Below are positions 21,047 through 32,000 of a stretch of DNA of 64,000 nt, in pieces. How positions within the stretch are numbered: the stretch's first letter is position 1; each line of letters starts with the position of its first letter. The position numbers were made by a program, and so were the translations under genes. The notes beneath the pieces were generated by a model. The model made no database searches. It was given only the letters and a program-made list of their open reading frames with translations, and was not told where the DNA came from. The stretch is from Macrostomum hystrix (taxonomy: Eukaryota; Animalia; Platyhelminthes): assembly GCA_950097015.1 (NCBI GenBank), contig CATNEN010000005.1, positions 5,022,001 through 5,086,000 of the forward strand, written 5' to 3'.

Positions 21047-21701
21047 TGTTGTACCTGTGGTAGCGTGGCACACACAATTGGCAAAAATAACCAAGACAGG
21101 AACTAGATTCCGAGAGGAGATTTTACCGGCCTCACACGCAGATGCTTCCTAGCAGAGGAACAATCCGGTAGTCAGGCTAGATTACCTAGTTTCCTCGGTC
21201 CTATTTAGGCTCTAGCAGTAATTTCTATTACTTTGGTTCCCTGCTCTGAAGCCTGGCGATGTGCTATGCTTCTAAATGCAACACACGGCCTTGCTTCACA
21301 ATAATGTTAGCAGACAAGATGTAAAGATTGCAAGAGAACACAATCGGTACCCAAAGGCATGAAGACTGAAGGACAGAAACGTGCCATATTCATACAGAAA
21401 TCGTGCTACCATGATAACAATACCATCTCAAGGATTCGTCGGACTGTGCTCTACTTATAGTAGGAGTATTTGAGCGTTGTTCTGCCAGTCTTCTTCCGAA
21501 CTCAAGCGATTGCACCATGGTGTGCAATGTGACTCAGTGCGCAGACAGAGCTGGAAAGAGAGAGAGAGAGAGCGGAGGGGGTGGCGAGCGGATGTGACAG
21601 TGCACGGGCAACACTAACCACCAACCCTAGCCCTCCCACAGACCTAGAACAGCCTGACTCACAGATTGCCTGGAGGCTGCTCAGCAGTCTACAGCACATC
21701 A
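21047..21701 (-). repeat. 5' LTR of Gypsy-2
   Basis: Near-identical to 15590-16244; followed on the minus strand by PBS TGGTGGCA; TSD CACA outside. Confidence 0.95.
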
Positions 21702-21924
21702 CACAATATGTCGCACAGTTGTCACATATTCTTCTTCATCACCTCGCTCTTTTTAATCAATTCTCACAACTAGGAAGGTGCTCATTAATATTTACTTATC
21801 GACCATCTGTCACTTAAATTAACTGACATGCGGGCAATATCCAATTTCCTAATTTATTCCTGTTGACTCATCTGCCTTCTCTAATCTATTTACTCTGTTT
21901 ACATAATTTCTTATTTGATTATCC

Positions 21925-22280
21925 TGATTCTGCTGGTTCTGCTGCGGAATCTGAATCCGCCACGGCTGTGCAACGGCACCCGGCTGATCATCCGGAGCTG
22001 GGCGAGAATGTGCTGCGCTGCAAAGTCGCTGCCGGCCAGTTCACTGGAGATGAAATCCTGCTGCCGCGGATTTCCCTACAGCCCAACAATGCTGACCTGC
22101 CAGTCTGCTTCAAGCGGCTGCAGTTCCCGGTGAAGCCCAGCTTTTGCCTGACGATTCACAAGTCTCAGGGGCAGAGCCTGGAGACAGTCGGCATCGACCT
22201 GGCAGTTGGATGCTTTGCGCACGGCCAGTTATATACTGCGCTGTCTCGAGCGAAAAATGTAGCAAATGTCCGGGTCCGGT
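21925..22280 (+). pseudogene. Helitron PIF1-like helicase C-terminal fragment with one frameshift
   Basis: LLRNLNPPRLCNGTRL then LLPRI...FKRLQFPVKPSFCLTIHKSQGQSL...HGQLYTALSR. Confidence 0.92.
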
Positions 22281-23455
22281 TTATCAATCTGTCTAGCAGT
22301 CTAGCAGCCTGTCAATGTATCTTTCAACTAACTGTCATACAAATCTGTCATACTGTCATGCAGATCAGTCATCTGTCATACAAACTGATTTAGACACAGC
22401 TGCGAAGCTGATTTAGGCACAGCTGATTTAGGCATAGCTGCGAAACTTATTTGAATCAAACTGGTTGAATCAGCCATTGATATTAGCTATTACACATAGC
22501 AAACTATCAAGATGTGATCTGATTTGAAATGTACTCGTATTCAAAAAGGGGTTTGATTTAAAGTGGGATTTGACAATGCGAATGAGGCATGTGAGAAAAG
22601 AGAAGTTCGCTGAGGAGTGACTAGAAAGGAGAAGGGGAAATAATGTGAAAATGGAGCAATGAAACTATAGAATATAAAATCAAAGGAGAAAAGGCAGAAC
22701 TGAGCTTCTGAGATTGGATTTAAACTGGAACAGCATAGGACAACAATTTATTGCCGTAGATATTGTTTGATATATCTACAAGCAGAATGGGATCTGATTG
22801 AAAATGGGATCTGATTGAAAATAGGATATGATTCAAATTGGAATTTGATGAAAATGAGTACCTCTGAGTTCTGCAAATGTATGAAATTTCAGATCAGCAG
22901 ATCTGTAAGTCTTTAAGACTGATTATCGCTAGCTGACAAACTGACAGTTTGTGACAATACCGAGTATCCTCAATTCTTGAAATTCGCTTTCTCTGTTCTA
23001 TACAGTGTATTTTAAATGGCATGAAAGTTTGCAACGAAATGGTTGCCCTGGCATGAATCAATTTTCCCTTCCTGTACTTTTATTGTAATACTTCTCAGTT
23101 CAACAAATAATTACTGTGGGATCTGCAAATAGTGGACTATTTTCACTCTGAGATTAGCCAATATCTCCCAGTTTAGCAAGTAATCGTCAGTTCTTGACAC
23201 GCACCTTCTCTGTTCTATGCAGTGTATTTTAAATCGCATGAAAGTTTGCAACGAAATGGTTCCCCTTGCATGAATCGATTTTCCCTTCCTGTACTTTGAT
23301 TATAATACTGTGTTGATCCAAGCGAAAAAATGAGTCTGTAGTAATCGTAAATGTAAGCAAATAATCAAATTATAATAAATTTATTTTTCAAGGCAGTTTC
23401 ATTCTTATTTCAGCGCTAAAGTTTGCGTTGAACCGCTAAAGTTCGCATCGCACTT

Positions 23456-23921
23456 TCATTTGGTGCTGTTGCTGCCGTTGTTGCTGCTGCTACTGCTGGA
23501 GCTGCTGATCCGCTCGTGCTCCTGCTGCTGCTGCTGCTGCTTCCGCTCCTGCAGCAGGCGCAAATTTCGCAGCTTTTCATTTAGCCTTTGTTCTTGTTGC
23601 TGTTGTTGTTCCTGCTGCTGCCGGTGCTCGGCGACGGCGGGGCAGCGTGCTATGCGGTGAGGCCCACCGCAGAGGTAACACGAGACTGTATGAATTGAGT
23701 GTTAAGAATGTTGCAATGAGTGTTAGAATTGTACCAAGTTTTTATTGTCTAACTGAATGCCTGACGGAAGGACTTAGTGAAAATAAATGACCAAGTAAGG
23801 CAGATGTATAGAATTATAGGCAGACACAATGTTACTTACTGGGTCCTCTGCGGTGGCCTCCCCGACCGCGACGTCCGCCGCCGCCGCCGCCGCCGGCATA
23901 GTAGTTGTGGTTGATTTTCAT
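23456..23921 (-). CDS. Two-exon gene (103 aa): Gly/RGG tract + CCHC-like knuckle + poly-Q helix
   Basis: Exon 1 23921-23840 (A|GTAAGT), exon 2 23685-23456 (TACAG|). Splices in frame to MKINHNYYAGGGGGGGRRGRGGHRRGPISCYLCGGPHRIARCP...QQQ. Absent from the supplied ORF track. Confidence 0.68.
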
Positions 23922-23944
23922 GGTTGTGGGCCATTCAGTGTTGT

Positions 23945-24500
23945 ACGTCATATAAATATACTCCACCGTAAGGGCTGGATTTCAACCAGTGCTCAAAACC
24001 CTGCAGATTAGCTTGGTCCATTCTGATTGGCTTTGAGCTTTTAGGCAGTCCAAAGTTGTCTCAGCCAGTTTGCGTCTAGAAGTTTTTTTGTATCGTCTAG
24101 ACGTTACGTTGTAGTTGAGGTAGGACAGCTTAATGCTGTGTGATTTGAGATTGGTGTATACAGTGGGTGGTGTTCTGCCATTTTGACTGGCTTAGCTTTA
24201 TCAGCTCATTAGGGTTTGGAATTGTACCATGGTTAATATCAAAGCTGTTTCTGATTGGTCAGCAGCTTTTGGGCCCACTCCTCACTTATGTTATTGGGGG
24301 TGGTGGATTTGAGGGGTCTGGTGGTTGCCACACCCAATTGAAAGTGGCGTGAGTCATCGCACTTTTAAGTGCACGGTGGGTTGTTATTTTGAAATGAATA
24401 TAGAGATAATATAAGCGACAGCGACTTTTATATCAAACTAAACAGCCCTATCTAAGTGCAAAATGTTTGTTCTGTCATTTTCTAGACTTTTCTGTTTACT
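23945..24500. promoter_or_regulatory. Putative bidirectional promoter between the knuckle gene and the RPA-like gene
   Basis: TATA-like TATAAATATA at 23951-23960, ATTGG/CCAAT at about 24026, 24150 and 24254; head-to-head gene arrangement. Confidence 0.4.
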
Positions 24501-24516
24501 TAATAGCAAACGAACG

Positions 24517-26013
24517 ATGGAGTCGCCTGCCGGACAAGCCAAGAAGAGCAAAATGTGCGTATCTGCTCTGCGAAGTCTCTGATGCTTCCAACTGGTACAG
24601 ACAGGCTGTGACTAGCCAACAGTGCTTCGAGGCGGTGCGCATCACCCGAAGTGTTCAACAGGAGAACAAGGCGTCACGAGATGAAGAAATGGTGATGCAA
24701 TTCCGGGCCTGATGGAGGTTGCTGTCGTCGGCCTGGTGACGATGCTGACGACCATCAAGGACTTTGTCGGCAAGGACGAACCGGGCCAAGTGTTCTCCTT
24801 CGTCCTAAGTGATGACACGGGGGACATTCGAGTGAGCGTGTTTGGCACAGATCTGAGGCCACTTCTGGACGTCTGCCAAGCCGACGAGGCCGTGCGCATA
24901 ACCGGAGGTTGGGTGAAGAAGGCAAATTCGGCGTACAACCGTACGGTTAACCAATACGAGATGACCGTATCTGTTGACAAATCTGGTGTTATTGTGAAGA
25001 CAAACGAGACGGTTTCTCGACGTGCATCTATGTACAGGAAAATTAATGAGATTTCCGGAAGCCAGATTAACACGTGAGTAATATTGTTGACAGGTTATTA
25101 TAGTCGTTTTACTCTGGGATCTTTGTGGCTTATTAGACTGCAGTTTATAGATACTACAAGCTTGGCAGCCTTCGTGCAGTCGCTTTTAGTCATTTGTTTT
25201 CCATTTCCATACAACGCAGGAATGTCGACGTTCGTGGAACAATCTCTGCAGTCGAGAAACCGCGGGAAGTGAAAACCGGTGCCGGAAAGCTGGTGAACCT
25301 AGCGAAAGTGACGCTCGTGGATCAGTCTGGGTGCCAAGTATCGTGTACCTTCTGGGCTACCTCTGCCACCAAGGTGACTAACTGGTCCGTGGGCGACGTT
25401 CTGGCCATTCGAGGTGCGCAAGTCCAGGAGTTCGCCGAAGCGGTTAGTCTCGGTTGTTCCAAAGCGGAGGTGCAGCATTGGCCAGAAGACTCTGCCGAAG
25501 TCTCTGATGCTTCCGACTGGTACAGACAGGCTGTGACTAGCCAACAGTGCTTCGAGGCGGTGCGCATCACCCGAAGTGTTCAACAGGAGAACAAGGCGTC
25601 ACGAGATGACGAAATGGTGATGCAATACCCCGAGCGAATGTATAGCCAATTCAACGGTGTACAACGAATCCGACTGCGTTTCGGAGACAAGGAGGTGAGT
25701 TTATTTGACGGAACTAACGCGAATTTTCTGCTTCGCGACTCTACCCTTTAACTGAGGGACTGAATAATGCTGCTGACCACACCCCTATATTATGCATTTT
25801 CCATTGTCTAAAAGGATGGAAATGGGGCACGCACACGTATGCAACAGTATTATATTAAGACTTCCTAATTAAAGAGATTTTATCCCCCATTTCATTTCGC
25901 AGATTACATTCTCCCGAGACGGGCAATACAGGAGCCAGCAGGTCCTCACTTCTACGCCTAGAGCTGATGTGGCTGAGCATTACGGCGACTCGCGAATGTC
26001 TATGGACGAGTAA
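24517..26013 (+). CDS. Helitron-borne RPA70-like OB-fold ssDNA-binding protein, multi-exon, 5' part disrupted by a duplication
   Basis: DBD-A-like (FSFVLSDDTGDIRVSVF...VKKAN...NQYEM) and DBD-B-like (VDVRG...TLVDQSG...CTFW...LAIRGAQV). Introns 25074-25219 and 25695-25902 with GTGAGT donors; last exon ends at TAA 26013. Confidence 0.75.
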
Positions 26014-28143
26014 TTGGTTCGGACAAGGATTTCAACCTGAACTACTCAGATTGAGTGTAGCATGGGTGAGACAGTTGCTGTGTAATTGCGTCTGTGAGAT
26101 GTTGCAGTGAGTCGCCATCACAAGTTGAGCCGCCTGATGTGTAAATGGTGCATGATAGTTGAGCTCTGCCCATTGGCCCAATGAGTCACATCAGCGTAAA
26201 TCCTGTTCCTTTTGGAGCAGGTTGACTGCATATCAATGGGCCTTGAGAGACGTGGTTGAAATACGTGTTCGCTGCTTATCACGATTCAGAGGTTCTTCCA
26301 CGCTAAAATGGAGGGTATGCAGCCATGGTCTGAAGCAGCCTAATCGCAGACCTTAAATCTTGTGATGGCCGACTAAGCATGTTGAGCTGTGCTGTGGCAA
26401 GAGTGAATGAACTTGCTTAATGCCGACCCCGGCTGTGAATGCTTTCCAAGCAGTACAAAGCGTTTTGTGTGATGTTGAGTGCGTGAACTTAACTTGCCCC
26501 AGTGAATGCCTCTGACCAGCAGTGCAGAGTAAAGCAAGCCAACAAGCAGTATGATTGACACCATTATTCTTGCAGTCAAATGCAATGAACTGTGCAATGA
26601 TACTGTCTTGTTGGCGGAGCCTTCTGCAAGTTCATCATCATGTTTACTGTTTGTGTAAATATTTTTAGGTGCAATGCAGTTTTTTCTTTTTTAATTGAAT
26701 TGAATTCTCTACATTTGCAGTTTGTTTTCTTATAACGTCATAATGATATGTATTTGTATAATAATAATTTTGCCGAATGCTCACTCAATTGTTGTTTTGT
26801 TGTTTTCAATGTGTTTTGTAATTGAAGAAATACAAATAAATGTTTTAGTGGACAAAGACCAGTCCCATGATTAATGAATCTACTACACTCCTGGTACCTG
26901 CCTTATTCTATTTTAAAAGACATTGTCAGGCATGCATTTGTAATGAAGAATGATACATAATGGATTACTAAGAAAATAGGTCAGATGAGAAATAGGATCT
27001 GATGAGAACTGGAATCATTAAGAAAAAGAAAGGAGATTAGAAATTGATCCATTGATATTTAATTAGCCATTGATATTAGCTATCCATTATGAACTATCAA
27101 AATGGGATCTAATTTGAAATATACTTTTATGTAAAATGGGATTTGATTCAAAATAAGATTTGACAATGTGAATGAGGCATATAAGAAAAGAGAAGTCTGC
27201 TGAGGAGTGTGACTAGAAAAGAGAGTGGGAATTTAGTATGATACTGATATATCATATATCATAGCTATATATAGCCAGTGTTAGCTTTATTAAAAGCGTC
27301 AAACCAAAGGTCGAAGGATGTAGCTCCAGTTGCTTTTGCAAAGTCCATTCACAATGAGATAGCTGCATTGAACTGACTCTTTAAGTTATTTATTATAATA
27401 AGAGGGCCTCATTCAAGGGCAATAGTTGCAATGCGGAGCTACTTATTGTTCGGAACGTTGCAGTCGCAGTTAGTACGATGAGCAGGGCTTAGAAATTCAC
27501 TTACAAATGAAGAAAGTAAAAAATTTGTCTGAATGTGTATAAATCTGTAGTACACATGAGCAATACAAGCAACAAGAAAATCGGAATAAAGCAAATCATT
27601 TCTCTGATAGTCGGAATTTCTTGGAATAAAATTAAATTTCATTTTCAGTAACAACTACAAAAGTGCTCTGAACAATTTTATGTATAAAATGAGTAAGATA
27701 ATTTTATTAAAAGCGTTGACATATAAAAGCTCCAAACAAAGAAACCGTAAAAAAGTTGATAGTTTTGTTTTACCTAAAATTGCGTTATTAACGATCTCCC
27801 AAAAATTCCTATTTTCAATAGAGAAAATTATCGTATTATTTTCACTTTTAAGTACTGAATATGGCTCCCCGAAGGGGGGCAAAAACTTGCTAGTTCGTAC
27901 TAAAAACAAACAGAAGGAGAACACACCACATAGGGTCCAGTAAAACAAACTAATAACTTAACGAACTAGCAAATAAGCGAGCATGGCACATGAAAACTGG
28001 ATAATAGACAGGCATAAACAACATATCATTAAGCATTAAGTACGAAAAACATGCAATTTTTAAGTCCGCGCTATTACCAGCGCCATGCCTCATGTCCTGG
28101 ATAAACAAATTAAAACATCGCCCTTTACCATTCACCTTGGCCC

Positions 28144-28944
28144 TCAGAAGCTGGCCATGCGGACCAGGGCCTCTGGGTACCACGTACCCTCTACCAGCTC
28201 GACTACCGCTTGCCCGTACCGAGCCACGAGGTGGTAGGGCGTACGAGCTGGACCTCCGAGCGTTGCTTCAGCACGGGCGGCTGCCTCGTGCAACATCTCT
28301 AGCCTTGTGGCTCGTTGCTCTTCAGTAAACGCTCTTTGTGCAGCGGCCGGCCACCCCTCGTCTAGCTGTCCACGAGCAGCGCGCATCAACGATTCGGCTA
28401 CTGCCTGCGTTGCAGCCTCCCGGTCGGCTGCCCGCATGCCCCAGCGAGCTCGCTTCTGACGGCGCCGCTGGGCGCCTCCTCGTCGGCGTCGCCTCTGTTG
28501 TTCGGGCTCCGCTGCATCGTCGCTAGATGACGACGAGCTCGGTGGCCGTGGTGCCTCTAGCAACCCTATTTGTGGGGGTGCCGCAGGGCCTTCCGCCTCC
28601 ACGAATTCGTCTGGGTCCGAATCCGGATCGGCCATGCCCTCATCATCTGAGGGCATCCCAACCTGCAGTTCGGCCCACAAATCCTCTTCTGGGTCAAACT
28701 GGGCCTCCACCGACCCACTGCTGCTGCTACTGGAAGCCGGCCTTCTAGCCTGCACTCCCACTTCAGCCGTGGTGGGTACTGATTGCGTGGCTTTACAAAG
28801 CCTCTTTGATCGAGGTCCCGATGCTTTGCTGGCCGGGCGCTTGTGGATCTGCTCTACTGGCTCTCCGACTTTGCGCACAACTCCCATCAATCGAGGGCGT
28901 GTCGGCAACCTATCTTCGGGTCCAAGATTTTCCTTATCTTCCAT
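28144..28944 (-). CDS. Gypsy-3 3' accessory ORF (266 aa), homolog of 16604-17515
   Basis: MEDKENLGPEDRLPTRPRL, RRRRRGGAQRRRQKR, DEGWP, RATRxEM, HxVARYGQA, ELVEG shared with the Gypsy-2 ORF. Confidence 0.85.
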   Translation of the reverse strand: MEDKENLGPEDRLPTRPRLMGVVRKVGEPVEQIHKRPASKASGPRSKRLCKATQSVPTTAEVGVQARRPASSSSSSGSVEAQFDPEEDLWAELQVGMPSDDEGMADPDSDPDEFVEAEGPAAPPQIGLLEAPRPPSSSSSSDDAAEPEQQRRRRRGGAQRRRQKRARWGMRAADREAATQAVAESLMRAARGQLDEGWPAAAQRAFTEEQRATRLEMLHEAAARAEATLGGPARTPYHLVARYGQAVVELVEGTWYPEALVRMASF

Positions 28945-29028
28945 GATATCGCTTCCTTCTTCTTTCAGTCTTCTAAAGAGTATTCCTTTTCTTTAGGGAA
29001 GCTTCGGCGCTTTGATTCGGAATGGGAG

Positions 29029-32000
29029 TCACTGAAACATTGTAGGTAGGCCATACATCGCTCTGATAAAATAGGATTTCTTGCTAGGATCTATTTTTAG
29101 CCTTTCCGGCTCTCGCCTTTCTCTCTGCGGCCTCTGCCGCGGCTCTAGATCCCTAGCCTCACCTACTTGAGCAGCCTCACCTACTTCCTCGGCCCTAACA
29201 CCATCTGCAACTTCCCCGTGCACAGAGGATGGGATAGGGGGCAGGGTTGGAGAGGGCAACGGACTGTCCGACGGCAGGACAACCACATCACCAGACGCCT
29301 CCCCCGCCTCTTCTCCGTTGCAGATTTCCTGGCCGACCGGTTCTTCGAGATTCGACCTGGAGGCAGCTCGTGATCGCAGGTGCCACCTACGAGCGCCCCA
29401 CAGGCCGATCTCATCGTCGTCGTCGTTATCGCTGTCTTCTGGCTCGCCGGACGCGTCAGCTGTCGGAGGGCTACCCTTGGATGGCCTCTCGAGCTTTCGC
29501 CTTGCCGTGCTCGCCTCCTCCGTCCTGTCGCACATCGAGGCCGGTACAGGGAGCAAGTTGGGCCGATGGACTACCAGCACCTGCTTCCTGGCCTTCTTGG
29601 TGCTGCCGTGTCGCCGGATCTTGTAAACTGTCTCGCCTTTGCTCTCGAGCACTACGTAGACCGACTGTCTGGGCCGATGAAATTTACTGATCTCGCCGGC
29701 CTCGATCACCGGATTGTTGAGTAGGACCAGCTGGCCCGGGCGGAGTGGTCTCGCCTGCGGTCTTTCCTGATAATGCTCTTCCCGCAGCACCTGATACCTT
29801 TCGAGCTTGTCCCGGGCGCAATTGACAGCCTGGTCTATGCGCTCCTGGAACTGTCGGAGATAATCTGGCAGGTCTGCGTACTCAGCCAGTGCGGTCAGCG
29901 TGTTGTCGACAGGCAGCCGGTACTCCCGTCCGAAGACCAGGAAGTACGGCGTGTACCCGGTCACAGGGTGGACACTGGTGCGCAACGCGATTAAGCACGC
30001 GGGCAGCATAAGGTCCCAATCCCTGTGATCCTTTTCCAACAAGCACGTGAGCACTGACTTAATCTGGCGATTCAGATTTTCGACCTGGCCATTGCTGGCC
30101 GGGTTATAGGGACACGTGTGCGTGTGACGGATGCCGTACAGCTTACAGAAGTCCTCAAACTCTGCACTCATAAAGTTCGTCCCCTGGTCAGTGTGCAGCC
30201 AGGCTGGTGCACCGTACTCGGGAATGAACCTATCTAGCAGCAGTTTGATCACTGTCTTAGTCTTCTGGTTTCGCATCGGATAGGCAAACGGGTACTTCGA
30301 AGTTGCATCACACAGGGTGAGGATGTACCGATGTCCTCGGGCACTTGGTTGTGACAAAGGCCCGATCACGTCGGCGTGCACCCTTCCTAAGACCTCACAC
30401 ACTGGAAAGCTCTGCGGTGGAACCATCTCCTTCCGCCTTGTCTTGCTTTCCAGGCATGTCCTGCAACGCGCCACGTACCCCGTCGCCTCCGACCAGAGAC
30501 CGGGTCTCCAGAACCTGTCTCTAACTCTCTGCACTGTCTTGGACTGGCCGAGATGACCCGCCAAAGGTGAGTCGTGCAAGGCCTCAAAGACGCGCGAGTC
30601 TAATGCTTTCGGTAGCACCGGTCGCGGCGGCCGGTTGTCATCAAAGTCAATGACGAGCAACCCGTCGCGCACCTCCAGCTCCTCAAATGCACCCAGGAGG
30701 TCTCTGACCTCTTTCGGCATCTGGAGTCGCTGATCGAACCTGGGATTTTGCCTTCCTGACAGCTTGAGTTCCGTCAGATACCTGATTGCTGGGTCTTGGT
30801 GCTGAGCTTCTAGCAACTCGACGCGACTCTAGCGACTTCTCCCCTGTTTTTGAGAACTCCTCAACAGCAGGACTCGGTGTCTGCAGGCAGGACTGGCTGC
30901 AACGAGCGGACACTTCCTCCTCTGTCTCCGGACACACCAGAGGCTCTGGATCCGGCGCCTGCAGGCAGAACTGGCTGCAACAAGCGGGCACTTTTTCCTT
31001 TACCTCTGAGCCTTCCGCCACCACCTGAGTCTGCACCTGTGCCTTGGCATCACAGCCCCGCACCCAGTGCTCCTCCCTTGTAGCTCCCTGGCTCCAGCTA
31101 CCTTCAGTAGCTACCGTCTGTACGGCGGCGTCCACAGTCTGCAGGCAGAACTGGCTGCAACGAGCTGACTGCGGAGCCCCGTAGACAGGTGCTTCCCGCC
31201 TCAAAAGCTGGCCTGCGGTCGTGTTTTCCTTACACTCTTGCAGCACCGCCTTATCGTGGCGCACCTGGACAGGCTCCAGGACCGGCTCTTCCACCAGTCC
31301 TTCAGACACAGCTGCTTTCCTTCCTGATCGGCCGTCCATGACCTCCTGGGCCTTGGGTTTCACAGCTCGCAGTGGTTCTGCGGCCTCATTGGTTTCACCC
31401 TATTTATTGATCCCTTCCTGTCCCTCCTCCAGCTGACTCGAAAATTGGCGGGTCCAAGCACTCGCACCGAACTGGTTGTGGGGTGTTAATACTTCAAAAG
31501 AACAATTGACCGGATTATCTGGTTTTCTCGACATCGAGTCAGCATTTTGGTGAGACTTTCCAGGACGATGAACAATGGTGAAATCAAACTCACTCATCCT
31601 CTCAACCCAACGGCCCAAGATGCCTGTCGCCTCAGTCTGATGCATGAGCCACAGCAGGGCCTTGTGATCAGACCGGACCACAAACTTCTTGCCAACCAGG
31701 AAGTACCGGAAATGCCGCATCGCATCTACGACTGCCAACAGTTCCTTGCGGGTCGTAGTGTAGCGGGTCTCCGGCCCTCGCAGCTTCCGGCTGTAGTAGC
31801 CAACAGGCCTCTCTACTCCATCAGACTGCAGCTGATTCAGACAAGCTCCTATGCGGTCATCAGAGGCATCTGTGTCGAGGATGAAAGTGACTTTCGGGTC
31901 AGAGGTGTACTCCGGGTACGCCAGTACCTCCGTAGAGCACAACGCATCCTTCAATACCTGGAAAGCCCTCTCATGCTCTGTCTTCCACAGACCCTTCAAG

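Larger units (their letters stand above)
15590..21701 (-). mobile_element. Gypsy-2: complete but non-autonomous LTR retrotransposon lacking RT, RNase H and integrase core
   Basis: Paired 655-bp LTRs, 4-bp TSD CACA, PBS at 21022-21045, PPT GGAGGAGAA at 16245-16253. Contains gag, protease-linker ORF and accessory ORF. Confidence 0.95.
21925..27893 (+). mobile_element. Helitron copy A (5' end not identified; start coordinate approximate)
   Basis: 3' hairpin GCTCCCC-GAA-GGGGGGC followed by CTAG|T at 27890-27894; PIF1 helicase fragment; RPA70-like gene; long blocks shared with copy B. Confidence 0.82.

Noticed and set aside
19776-21084. Long plus-strand ORFs opposite gag (also 33863-34961 and others opposite pol)
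   Set aside because: Antisense shadows of GC-rich coding sequence with no independent motifs.
22990-23330. Approximately 200-bp tandem duplication in Helitron A
   Set aside because: Real but non-coding, with no sign of function.
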